Virus record (IMG/VR): IMGVR_UViG_2563366960_000002
DNA length: 64,000 bases
Source: a virus
Taxonomy: Duplodnaviria > Heunggongvirae > Uroviricota > Caudoviricetes
Reading direction: 5' to 3' (one strand)
Shown here: in pieces, positions 39,582 to 49,386 of the stretch
How positions within the stretch are numbered: the stretch's first letter is position 1
How the letters are laid out: every line of letters starts with the position of its first letter
The notes under the pieces: model-generated
What the model was told of the DNA's origin: nothing
Seen by the model: the letters and a program-made list of their open reading frames with translations, nothing else
Databases searched by the model: none
Program-made: the position numbers and the translations under genes

Positions 39582-40619
39582 TTAACCTATTGCTACTGGT
39601 TTTAACAAACCAGCATCAAGTAGCTTGCGAGTTAACCACTGCTGGCCTTTACCCGTTAATTGGGGCGTCAGCCGTATCTGGTAGCCATTTTCATCATCCA
39701 GCACCACTTCTTTCACCGTGAAATACCCGGCGTTAATGTACTGCTGGCGCGGTACGTTTTTGCGCGCACCAAAAGCCATGAGAATGCCGTTCTGGCGCAA
39801 CCATGAGAAAAGGGCGTTTTGCTTAAGTCCAACGACCTTTGCAAAGTTCCCGATCAGGATTCCATTAGCCGCTGATACCCGGTCGGCAAAATCGACTTTA
39901 GGGGTTGCGGCCACCAGCTGTTGTTCCAACTGCATTTTCTGTTCTGCCAACTCGGCAGCCAGGCGTAGAGCTTCTGGTAATGTTTGGGGGATCGATGGGG
40001 CAGGGGAGTTTGCCTGCTGCAATTCTTCCAGTTTGTCGATCAGCGAACGGCGGACCGCTTTTGACTCGCGCGCGGCGACTCGCAGGGCTTGTTTGAAAGT
40101 CATGGTTATGACAAGCATTGATGTTTTGTTCATTTTTTCCACTACACTTTTTGTGTAGTGCTCACCATCAAGCTCATCGAGTATTTTTTCGATGAATTTG
40201 TTGTTCCGAACCTCTGGTTCCCCACATAACTTACGCGCTTCATTGACCATCTTTAACAGTGTCAGGCTGTCGATTGTGTCTCCGGTGTTGGAGATAACAT
40301 TCACTGCTGGTGATGGCGTAGCTGAAGCAACAGGTGCTGGTTTTTCAACATTCAAATTATTACCGGTCATTCTGCGCGCCTCCTTTCTCATTTCTGCTGC
40401 CACTGTTGCGTAACGTAGACGTCCTTGTTCAATCAAATAATCCCTGATCTCGGCTATCAGTAGCCTGTTGATCACAGCCTTATCTGTTCGGGTATAAAAA
40501 CGTCTGGTTATCATGAAATAGTTGGCAATTGCGCCGGGGATCTCCCGTGTCGGCATACAGGTTGTATGCAAAGCGATCGCTTCGGCTATTTCATTACGGG
40601 TGACGAGAGGTGTTTTCAT
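39582..40619 (-). CDS. ant: antirepressor Ant (KilAC C-terminal domain)
   Basis: 345-aa ORF; C-terminus paralogous to KilA C-terminus; start overlaps icd stop. Confidence 0.7.
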   Translation of the reverse strand: MKTPLVTRNEIAEAIALHTTCMPTREIPGAIANYFMITRRFYTRTDKAVINRLLIAEIRDYLIEQGRLRYATVAAEMRKEARRMTGNNLNVEKPAPVASATPSPAVNVISNTGDTIDSLTLLKMVNEARKLCGEPEVRNNKFIEKILDELDGEHYTKSVVEKMNKTSMLVITMTFKQALRVAARESKAVRRSLIDKLEELQQANSPAPSIPQTLPEALRLAAELAEQKMQLEQQLVAATPKVDFADRVSAANGILIGNFAKVVGLKQNALFSWLRQNGILMAFGARKNVPRQQYINAGYFTVKEVVLDDENGYQIRLTPQLTGKGQQWLTRKLLDAGLLKPVAIG

Positions 40620-40837
40620 AAACCCCCCTGAACGTCGGCAGAGAAGGGGAGGCTCCAGTAACTAAGTGAATTGCGCGAGTCAGTTGAAAAACGGGCAGTA
40701 AAAATGCAGGGGCCATCAGGCAATTGAGAGCGTGCTTCGTCTTCTGTTGCTGCGATAACGAAGTGATAGTGACGTTTTTGGCAGGAGTAAAAGCGCCAGA
40801 TAAATTCAGGATGAGTTTGGGTAGGGGTAGTAGCCAC
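40616..40837 (-). CDS. icd: Icd-like cell-division inhibitor, small ORF coupled to ant
   Basis: 73-aa ORF, GTG start after AAAAGGAGG RBS; position and size match P1 icd as recalled. Confidence 0.55.
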   Translation of the reverse strand: MATTPTQTHPEFIWRFYSCQKRHYHFVIAATEDEARSQLPDGPCIFTARFSTDSRNSLSYWSLPFSADVQGGL

Positions 40838-40879
40838 AATGGCAGCCTCCTTTTGCTAATTTAAGGAGCTACCGCGTGA

Positions 40880-41090
40880 GGTTCCAATCTCAATGGCGGT
40901 AGCACTGACTGGGTTGGAACTACCGGCGCAAAAGGGAACCGGCCTGCCTTTCGGCAGCCCAGCCAGCACTACCATTGATCTCGGAGCTATGTGCTACGTA
41001 TGGCTGTGCGATGGCATGACACAAAAAAGACGCTTTTGGCGTCTGTGTCGCCTTTTGCATTATCCGGGGTTCCAATCCCGGCATCCGTTT
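40880..41090 (-). ncRNA. c4-type antisense RNA region with complementary target elements (boundaries approximate)
   Basis: Leader between operator/promoter and icd contains GGTAGTTCCAACC complementary to GGATTGGAACC upstream and GATTGGAACCTC downstream; the latter sits in a hairpin next to the icd RBS. Confidence 0.4.
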
Positions 41091-41170
41091 TACTAAGATG
41101 CCTGTTTAGGATAAACCGAAAATGCATTAGCACGCAAGAAAGTTAATGTAGCATATGAAGCTAAAAAAAC

Positions 41171-41187
41171 AAAATAATTAGAGCAAT
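41171..41187 (-). promoter_or_regulatory. C1-type operator variant (ATTGCTCTAATTATTTT on minus strand), 15/17, at the immunity-region promoter
   Basis: Direct read. Confidence 0.55.
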
Positions 41188-41333
41188 TTGCAACCGTGCG
41201 AATTATTTCTCAGGTAACTAAAATACATAACTTTAATTGATATAGATCAAAGATTTTGACCATTGCATGGTGAAACTTTGTGCTACAAAATGTTATTTTA
41301 AGGCGTTTTATCTGTGACAGGAGATAGTTAATC

Positions 41334-41684
41334 ATGTCATCTGAACATGTTCGTAAAGGTGTAACAAATGCGAAATTCAATGAAGAGCAATCTAATATTC
41401 TCTTTATTGAAATAGGAATTCTGTCAATACTGATAGGTTTAATATCTAAATCATGGTGGGCTTTTGGCGGTTCTTTTCTTGGACTGATTTTTAGTTTAAG
41501 AATAAAATTTCTGGCAATTCCATTGATGATTGTTTTTAGCTTAGTATGGGGAGCTATTGGCTATAGTATTGGTACTTTGTTTGAATCAACAGCAGCAAGT
41601 ATTGTTTTGGGGGTAATTGCTTTCCTGAGTGGCTTGGGGACTCATTTTGCTGCCGTGCAATGGGCAAATGATATTGCAGAATAA
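41334..41684 (+). CDS. small polytopic membrane protein, low-GC cassette gene 1
   Basis: 116-aa ORF with three to four hydrophobic helices; GGAG RBS. Confidence 0.55.
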   Translation: MSSEHVRKGVTNAKFNEEQSNILFIEIGILSILIGLISKSWWAFGGSFLGLIFSLRIKFLAIPLMIVFSLVWGAIGYSIGTLFESTAASIVLGVIAFLSGLGTHFAAVQWANDIAE

Positions 41685-41706
41685 TTACAGATAAGAAGCG
41701 AAAATA

Positions 41707-42183
41707 ATGAATATGAGATTGTTTTTATTGTTTGTATCGTTAATTTCAGCAGGAGCATTTGCAAAAATTGATCCTCTACAATGGAATGTGATTGAAGAGA
41801 GAGGGGGGAGAGAATATACAATCCATAATCATAATGGTGATAAGATAAGTTTTTTATGTGATATGGGATTCATGTATGGTTCACCAGATAGTGCAGGTAG
41901 TTTAGGCTTGTTGCTAAGTTCGTCGAATAATAAAAAGGAGTATAATGCTGACAAGAATAAAATAGTATTAACTATAGATGGTGAGCAATACCCTTTTAGC
42001 AATCTTGGGTCAATGGTTGGAGATTCTTGGTGGTATGCCTTTTGGCAAGATGCAGCAGATTCAAGTGCTAATATGATTGATGCTTATGTTGATGATGAAA
42101 AAATTGCTACATTCCCTCTTTCTGGGCTAAGTAAGTTGTATCAACAAGCCAAAATGGATGGATGCATTAAACGAGGAAAATGA
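41707..42183 (+). CDS. secreted/periplasmic protein, low-GC cassette gene 2
   Basis: 158-aa ORF with signal peptide MNMRLFLLFVSLISAGAFA. Confidence 0.55.
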   Translation: MNMRLFLLFVSLISAGAFAKIDPLQWNVIEERGGREYTIHNHNGDKISFLCDMGFMYGSPDSAGSLGLLLSSSNNKKEYNADKNKIVLTIDGEQYPFSNLGSMVGDSWWYAFWQDAADSSANMIDAYVDDEKIATFPLSGLSKLYQQAKMDGCIKRGK

Positions 42184-42257
42184 TCTTTCTGTGTTAAAGA
42201 TTAACGCAATCAATAAAACATTGGTTGCGTAATATTCTATTATATAAATGGAATAAT

Positions 42258-43292
42258 ATGACAAAAATTACTAATTCTAATGAGTTGGAGTTACTGTACA
42301 AACAGTCAGTAATCATTCCATCATACAAAGATCACGTAGCGATCTTGCAAAAACAATTAGGAATAGAAAAACATTCTTTTCAAAATATGACAAGATTGAA
42401 TAGACAAGCTGTAATTAGTAACGCTCTTCGAAAACAATTGGCTAGTATGCCGAACTTGGCTGGAATAGGCAGCAAGTATCGTGAACATATCGCGATTTTA
42501 CAGAAACAGACACAGGCTCTTTTCCCTCATAACGCAAATAGATATATTCAAATGCTAAGGAAACAGGCAGAAATAGCTATGCCATTACGAAACCAGCTTG
42601 AGATGCTTAATAAGCAAGCTGGTTTAAATAACATGCAAGCGATACTTAAAGAATTACAACAAAGTGCAAGTTATAAAATAGATGTAAGCCAAGACATAAA
42701 GAAAGTACTAGATCATTATGCTAGAACAAGAAATGCTTCATTACATCAAATAATAGAGCAGGGGCTTTCATCTATTGCGCAGGCTTATGCTGAAGGTGCT
42801 ACTGAAACATCACACACCAAAAGTGATGTCCAAAACAAAGGATTAAATAAATCTAATTCAACGTTTGTTGATTCATTTAAAGAGCTTCCTTATCCGCTGC
42901 AATGGTTACTAATGGTTATATTTTCTCAAGTTGTGTTTGGTGCCTTTATTGATTACGGAAAGGAGAAAACCTTATTGGGAATACACGAGGCAGAATCATA
43001 CCTTATATCTCTGTTTGAGGATAAACCAATATCAAAACAACAATTAATTAAAGAAAACAAAAAAATTAGTTGGGAAGATCTCAATGGTTTTCGTTTTATA
43101 ACTGGTGAGAACGTAAGATTACACGTCAGTCCTTCTGTAAATAGTGAAGTGATTGAATGCATTGCCAAAAACACAATCGTTGCTATTTTAGATAAAAAAG
43201 ATCGACAATGGCTTTTCGTGCAGGTTAAATCAGGGGACGAGTTTATTACTGGATGGATTACACGAACATATACAAAGCCTCTTAAGGCTTGA
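42258..43292 (+). CDS. membrane-anchored protein with repeat/coiled-coil N-terminus and C-terminal SH3b-like domain, low-GC cassette gene 3
   Basis: Start set at ATG 42258 (track uses TTG 42225); repeated AILQKQ / MLRKQ / MLNKQ units; one TM helix; C-terminal SH3-like pattern. Confidence 0.5.
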   Translation: MTKITNSNELELLYKQSVIIPSYKDHVAILQKQLGIEKHSFQNMTRLNRQAVISNALRKQLASMPNLAGIGSKYREHIAILQKQTQALFPHNANRYIQMLRKQAEIAMPLRNQLEMLNKQAGLNNMQAILKELQQSASYKIDVSQDIKKVLDHYARTRNASLHQIIEQGLSSIAQAYAEGATETSHTKSDVQNKGLNKSNSTFVDSFKELPYPLQWLLMVIFSQVVFGAFIDYGKEKTLLGIHEAESYLISLFEDKPISKQQLIKENKKISWEDLNGFRFITGENVRLHVSPSVNSEVIECIAKNTIVAILDKKDRQWLFVQVKSGDEFITGWITRTYTKPLKA

Positions 43293-43417
43293 ATTTTATC
43301 TCCGTACCTTGGGGCTGGGTGTTGATGATGCTACTTGAAGCACTTGAGTTGTTTTAACGTAGTATCTGAAATGTGTAGACTGACCGGTAACAAATGACAA
43401 CTCGTAGAATCGGTTAA

Positions 43418-44008
<591 letters not shown>

Positions 44009-44018
44009 GGGAGCTGAT

Positions 44019-44630
44019 ATGGGGCTTAATGTTGCTTCAGTAAAGTCTTATGTATCTTCGGCATTAACGACGACATTATTTGGCTCCGGCGTTGGTGAGC
44101 GGGAAGTTGGTAAGCTGACGTCAATCATCATGAACAAAATGTTGTTCGCGCAAGGATGGCAGTTCTCTGTCGAAGTTGATGGACTGGAGGGGGCAGACTT
44201 CTTTGCCAAAGATATTACCTACCACGATTACAGCATCGAATATGAAACGATTAAAATCGGCGGAGGGAATATCCTTCAACCAACGGAGCGTTCGCCTGGG
44301 CAGATAACAATGATGGTCAGGGATACCGTTGATGGCCTCGTTTTGGACTGGTTTAAGACGGCAAAAAGTCGGGTGATCAATCCGGACGGTACCGGGAATA
44401 TACCGTCTAAATATTTGCTCAATGTGCGTATTTATCGGTTGCTGTCTTCCGGCTTAACCAAACTGGAAAATGAGATGACGGTATTCCCGGTCACTACCGG
44501 CGATGTCACCTATGCGCGAGATCAGGTTACTGAATTTAAGTCATTCCCAATGACCTTCGCATTGCACAGCACGTTTAACCAATCCTCAAGTTCTTTGGCT
44601 TCCCTTCTGGGCTTTAGCTTTTCTCTTTGA
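44019..44630 (+). CDS. hypothetical tail-module protein (tube-sized)
   Basis: 203-aa ORF. Confidence 0.5.
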   Translation: MGLNVASVKSYVSSALTTTLFGSGVGEREVGKLTSIIMNKMLFAQGWQFSVEVDGLEGADFFAKDITYHDYSIEYETIKIGGGNILQPTERSPGQITMMVRDTVDGLVLDWFKTAKSRVINPDGTGNIPSKYLLNVRIYRLLSSGLTKLENEMTVFPVTTGDVTYARDQVTEFKSFPMTFALHSTFNQSSSSLASLLGFSFSL

Positions 44631-44644
44631 ATTAAGGAGCAAGG

Positions 44645-45526
44645 ATGCTTTTACCTCTTTTCCCGCTACCATCGCGGCCAACTGAATTGATCCAGTTCCG
44701 TCAGCCAAATATTGCTGATGCGATGCGTTTCAACTCGATAACACCGGAGGAACAAGAACAACAGACAACGGCGTATTTAAAAGCCTTGCTGGCTGAACCC
44801 GCGAAACATGATCCCCTGACATGGACGGCGCAGGACCGGATTACCGCGTTATGGTGGATATTTACCGGCTCCCGTGAAACACCGGTCGAGACATTCACCT
44901 ACACCTGTAAACATTGCGGTAAAGAGCACTATTACGATTGCGATATGAATGCTCTGGCTGAAGATATCCAGGTCCTGGAAGTGGAACCTTTCATTGACGA
45001 TATTGAGGTGTCTGTAGAGGGAGTACCTTATCAATGGCGTATCGTGCCGCTTGATGGCTGGGCAATGGAAATGCTGGAGATGCGCCGTGCAGCATTGCCA
45101 CCTGAAGACGACGCGGAATTCAAAGAAGCGATCGTTGATTTGCGTTTTTGGGAATTCGCTTATCAGTGTGAGCTTTATAACGATGTTAGCGGTACTCGTG
45201 AAGATCAGGCTGAGCGTCGTTATGAAACGATTAAACGGATGGCCATTGATACTGAATTTATGAAGCTGGCGGCACACATCCGACTGGCTCATGAAAAGCT
45301 CGAACATGGTTTACCGTGCTACATCGATAAAGGTGAAATGCGTCTTCGTCTCCCGCCGCATAAATGCCCAAATCAGGATAAAAAGGAGTCCACAGAGGGT
45401 GCGTATACCCGTCTGTGGGTGCCCTTTCGGGCTACCGACTTCATTCCACAGGTGGGGATTGAAAAGCTATCAGACCTTAGTGTCCAACCTGGTTTTGTAT
45501 GGGGGTATACCGATTCAGGACGCTGA
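44645..45526 (+). CDS. hypothetical tail-module protein with CxxC...C motif
   Basis: 293-aa ORF; CKHCGKEHYYDC. Confidence 0.5.
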   Translation: MLLPLFPLPSRPTELIQFRQPNIADAMRFNSITPEEQEQQTTAYLKALLAEPAKHDPLTWTAQDRITALWWIFTGSRETPVETFTYTCKHCGKEHYYDCDMNALAEDIQVLEVEPFIDDIEVSVEGVPYQWRIVPLDGWAMEMLEMRRAALPPEDDAEFKEAIVDLRFWEFAYQCELYNDVSGTREDQAERRYETIKRMAIDTEFMKLAAHIRLAHEKLEHGLPCYIDKGEMRLRLPPHKCPNQDKKESTEGAYTRLWVPFRATDFIPQVGIEKLSDLSVQPGFVWGYTDSGR

Positions 45527-45607
45527 AAGGCTTACTGAATCCTATGCGTTTTTCCTGTTGGAGAAACTGGAAGAAAAACTTAAACCGAAACGGTAGGCGA
45601 TAAGATC

Positions 45608-48600
45608 ATGGAAAGAAAAAACGCCAACATTGACGATGTTATAAGGACAGTTGAAACCGCCAGCGCAAAAGAGCTGGAAGAGCTTGCAGGTATCCGGGAA
45701 GCTGTTGAAGATTTGAAAGGGGGACGCGTTGCTACTGTTGATCCTGTCTCTCGCAGCGTGTCGGCATTAAATCGCACAATCGACAATTCCCGGCCTGACT
45801 TTGTGGCCAAAGCGCCATCAGTAGACCCTATTGTTGACGCAATGAAACGGCTTAATTTAGGGGACGTTTCTCGTGTAGTTCAGGAAGATGTTGCTCAACA
45901 GGAACTGCGGGCCAAATCAACTACACCAAAGGGTAAAAAACGACACAGGAAGGCTATACCAGAGGATGTAAAGGCACAACGGACCGAAGCAGCCGAACAC
46001 GCTCGCGAAATGTTCGGTCAAAAAGGCGGTGCGCAAAAAAGCCAAAACAAACGCGATGCGCGTGGTCGTTTTATTGGCAAGTCAGGGAGTAAGGCCGCAG
46101 CGGAAGAAGCCCGTGCTGAACGAGCAGAAAAGGCCAGGCGCAAAGAGGATGATGAGCGTCTAAATGCTGAATCAGGTTTATTAAAAAAACTGTCAAAAGT
46201 AGCTGAAGGCATAGGTAACCCTTCAGAGACTCGTGCCGTCGATGCGTTAGGTTATGCCGTTGCTGGTCCATTGTGGGCAGCAGGGAAGGAGCTTGGCGGG
46301 ATATCAAAAGAAGTTGGCGGATCGCTTAATGGTGCCAGAAAGTCTATTGCCGATGTGATTCGTGGCAATGACGATAACAGCCGTAGAAAAGGTTTTTTTA
46401 GGCGTAAATCGCAAAGTAGTGCCGATGTCGTTCAGGTTAACACCCAAAAACGGACGGTTCAGGAACTTCAGGATCAGACCAGCGAAATTAAAGAGGGCAA
46501 TGACAAGATTCTCCGCGCCCTTGATCAGATAGCCAAAAACACCGGGAAAAAGAAGGGCGGCTTGCTGTCCAAACTATTTAGCCTGTTAGGGAAGGGGGCC
46601 GGTGGCGTCGCGTCGTTGTTAATGGGGCGTGGCATGCTGAAAAAAGCTGGAGCACTCGCTTTTGGCGCTCTGGGGGCAAAGAAACTTGTAGGAATGCTAC
46701 GCGGTGGTGGCAAGAAGACTCTCACCCATGAAGGCGGAGATTTGGCTGCCCGGGCAGCAGGTAAACTTGGATTAAAGGCAGTTGGTAAAGGGGCGTTACG
46801 CGCAATTCCCCTAGTCGGCACAGTGGCTGGAGGTATTTATGATGCGGTAACCGGTTGGAATGATACAGAAGCGCAACGTCGAGCGTTTGGGCTTAAATCA
46901 GGACAAGATCCATCATTCCAGCAAAAAGCCGCTTATACGTTAGCCAATGTTCTTGATATGGGGGGACTGGTATCTGGTATTAGCAGCGCCATTGGTGAGG
47001 TTCTCAAATCACTTGGATTTGAGGATATCGGCAATATGTTGCAATCATTTTCGACGGAAAGTATTGCCCAGGCCATTGATAGTGGGATTACCAACTTAGA
47101 AACATATATTTCTAACCTTGGCGACACCATTTCTACCAAGTTCGAAGATTACACAGCAAAGATTGGTGATGCTGTTTCAGAATGGTTTAGCGATACATCC
47201 AATAAGCTGATTGAAAAGCTGGATGCCATAAAAAACTTCTTTACTGTCGATAACCTGAAACAGGTTTTCAGTGATGTAATTGATAGTGCAATTGATTTCA
47301 TTAAGAACCCAGGGAAACACATTAAAGAGGCGGCTGGTAATATTTGGGATGGGGTTAAAAATTTACCCGGTAAAGCATTAGATGCAGCGGTTGATGCCGT
47401 TAAAAATACCCCTGCGGAAATGATTGTATCAAAAATACCCAATCCGATCGGCGAGGCTAATGCGAAAGAAATCACTCCAGAGTTAAAAGCTCCGGTTAAT
47501 AGCCACCAGGAGACATCTGATTCTAAAACTGAATCCGATGCCAAACAGACTAATATTGTTACCCGCGTGATAAATGCGGCACTGGACACGGCGAAAGATA
47601 GCAATAAAACAGTTAAAGAAACTGCTAATCAGATTATCAATGCAAATGCCGTAGAAACGGGAAATAGCGCGTTGCAGAAAATTGATAGAGCTATTGGTCA
47701 AAATAGCTCGTCATCATCGTCGCTTAATACCACTGGTACCAGGAATGACATTCAGAAAGCTGCGGATACCTACAACAATGGCAACTTGGATGTAAAAGTC
47801 GAAGGTCTTGGCGCTGAAGGTAAGGCAAATCTCGATAAGTTGGCTCCGTATTTTGCTGACCTAGAGAATAAATATGGCCTTCCTGAAGGTACTCTTTACT
47901 CGATTGCTGCAACTGAATCAGGAGGGAATCCTAACGCAAAGTCTCCGCTGACAAGATCACCAGATGGAAAGTTAAGTGGTGGCGCACTCGGGATGTTCCA
48001 GTTCACGAGTATTGCTCGTAAAGAGACAGGGATATCGGAACAGGATGCATTTGATCCCGTGAAATCGGCAGAAGCTGCGGCTCTTCTCATGAGCAAGTAT
48101 CTGAAGCAAGCCAATGGAGACTTAAACGAGGCCATCACTGCATATAACGCTGGGTTTGGCACTATCAATAAGTGGAAAAAAGGCATAGGTGACTTATCGA
48201 AAGAAAACCGTGAGTACGCGATCAAGGTCAATACTCATCGTGCTCGCTATTTAGGTGGTGAAATCTATACACCTGGAGCAGAAGCACAGGGTGGGGCGCA
48301 ATATGGAGTGAGGGGACCACTGCCTGATAACGCTGTTATCGATCAGTCTACTGGTCTGGCGTTTACCCCTGGTGATAGTCCGTTTGAGAAAGGCGGTCTG
48401 GTAGACAAAATCGGTAATGCTGTTGGCGTTAACGATCTGGTCAACAAATTCATGCATGGTCGGGGGATGCGTCGAGAAGTTGTTCAGGGAACGCTCGAAG
48501 AACGTGCACGAGGAAAGGGGACCGCAACGGCTGCTGGCAATGTGTATGTTGATACACCTATGCCAGTTGAAGAGGCACGTCCGGTGGCCAACAACTCAAG

Positions 48601-49030
48601 TTACTTTGACCAGCTCGGCGCACAAATGGGGATTGATGGACTGTATGACAAACTCATTAATGCCCGGGGAATGCGCTCAAATAATTCTCCTCAACCAGCC
48701 TCCACGTCCCAGGTGACGACTGCCGCCAACGATTTGCAGCAACCAACCGGTCGTATGCAGATAGACGGGCAGGTTATTAGTGACCTTGGCGGTTCCGGTG
48801 CCAAGCCGACAATGCAGTTGGCTGATAATACCGTTTCACTTGATGGTGAAACGAAGCGGCTGTTTGCGCAGATGACCTCATTGCTCGCCAGGATTGAAGA
48901 GCACACCAAAGACTCGGCGAAAGGCCAGGGAACTGTCGTAAAGGTCAGCACGCCTCAGCCGGGCGTTATGCGCACGGTACCACTGTCAATTGATGATCCG
49001 TTGATGAATGACTACGCGAGAGTTGATTGA
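45608..49030 (+). CDS. sit: tape-measure-like structural injection transglycosylase (P1 Sit-like)
   Basis: 1140-aa ORF; Gly-rich central region; C-terminal SLT motif ATESGGNPNAKS...GALGMFQF...AYNAG. Confidence 0.8.
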   Translation: MERKNANIDDVIRTVETASAKELEELAGIREAVEDLKGGRVATVDPVSRSVSALNRTIDNSRPDFVAKAPSVDPIVDAMKRLNLGDVSRVVQEDVAQQELRAKSTTPKGKKRHRKAIPEDVKAQRTEAAEHAREMFGQKGGAQKSQNKRDARGRFIGKSGSKAAAEEARAERAEKARRKEDDERLNAESGLLKKLSKVAEGIGNPSETRAVDALGYAVAGPLWAAGKELGGISKEVGGSLNGARKSIADVIRGNDDNSRRKGFFRRKSQSSADVVQVNTQKRTVQELQDQTSEIKEGNDKILRALDQIAKNTGKKKGGLLSKLFSLLGKGAGGVASLLMGRGMLKKAGALAFGALGAKKLVGMLRGGGKKTLTHEGGDLAARAAGKLGLKAVGKGALRAIPLVGTVAGGIYDAVTGWNDTEAQRRAFGLKSGQDPSFQQKAAYTLANVLDMGGLVSGISSAIGEVLKSLGFEDIGNMLQSFSTESIAQAIDSGITNLETYISNLGDTISTKFEDYTAKIGDAVSEWFSDTSNKLIEKLDAIKNFFTVDNLKQVFSDVIDSAIDFIKNPGKHIKEAAGNIWDGVKNLPGKALDAAVDAVKNTPAEMIVSKIPNPIGEANAKEITPELKAPVNSHQETSDSKTESDAKQTNIVTRVINAALDTAKDSNKTVKETANQIINANAVETGNSALQKIDRAIGQNSSSSSSLNTTGTRNDIQKAADTYNNGNLDVKVEGLGAEGKANLDKLAPYFADLENKYGLPEGTLYSIAATESGGNPNAKSPLTRSPDGKLSGGALGMFQFTSIARKETGISEQDAFDPVKSAEAAALLMSKYLKQANGDLNEAITAYNAGFGTINKWKKGIGDLSKENREYAIKVNTHRARYLGGEIYTPGAEAQGGAQYGVRGPLPDNAVIDQSTGLAFTPGDSPFEKGGLVDKIGNAVGVNDLVNKFMHGRGMRREVVQGTLEERARGKGTATAAGNVYVDTPMPVEEARPVANNSSYFDQLGAQMGIDGLYDKLINARGMRSNNSPQPASTSQVTTAANDLQQPTGRMQIDGQVISDLGGSGAKPTMQLADNTVSLDGETKRLFAQMTSLLARIEEHTKDSAKGQGTVVKVSTPQPGVMRTVPLSIDDPLMNDYARVD

Positions 49031-49386
49031 TGGCCAACAATAACGAAATTGATCCTTTGCTGACGCTGGAGTTATCCGGCGTAAAAACGTATGAGTCCCA
49101 GGAGGAGGCCTGGGGCGCTCGTTTATATGAGTGGCTAAACACTTATCAGGGTGAGGTATACGGAGATCCGTCATGGGGCAATGTTTTACCGCAGTTTAAA
49201 CACGAACCGACCAACTTGTCGCATGTTCAAATTGCGGTTGAGGCAATGCTGTTGCAAAAACTGACGGTAGATTTACCTGACATACCGATTTCTGGCTTGT
49301 CAGTAGCCGAGGGAGATGCTTTTGATAAGTTGAAAATATCCATTCGTATCAGGGATATAACTATCACACAGGACGTGGTGCTATGA
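49027..49386 (+). CDS. baseplate wedge protein, gp25/gpW-like
   Basis: 119-aa ORF coupled to sit; weak resemblance to gp25-like proteins. Confidence 0.4.
   Translation: MMANNNEIDPLLTLELSGVKTYESQEEAWGARLYEWLNTYQGEVYGDPSWGNVLPQFKHEPTNLSHVQIAVEAMLLQKLTVDLPDIPISGLSVAEGDAFDKLKISIRIRDITITQDVVL

Noticed and set aside
40893-41096. 67-aa plus-strand ORF
   Set aside because: Lies antisense within the c4/icd leader containing the complementary regulatory boxes; no RBS; overlaps the transcribed minus strand
47149-47604. Minus-strand ORFs inside sit (47149..47604 and others) and inside S (52842..53225)
   Set aside because: Antisense to long, motif-supported genes; low-complexity translations
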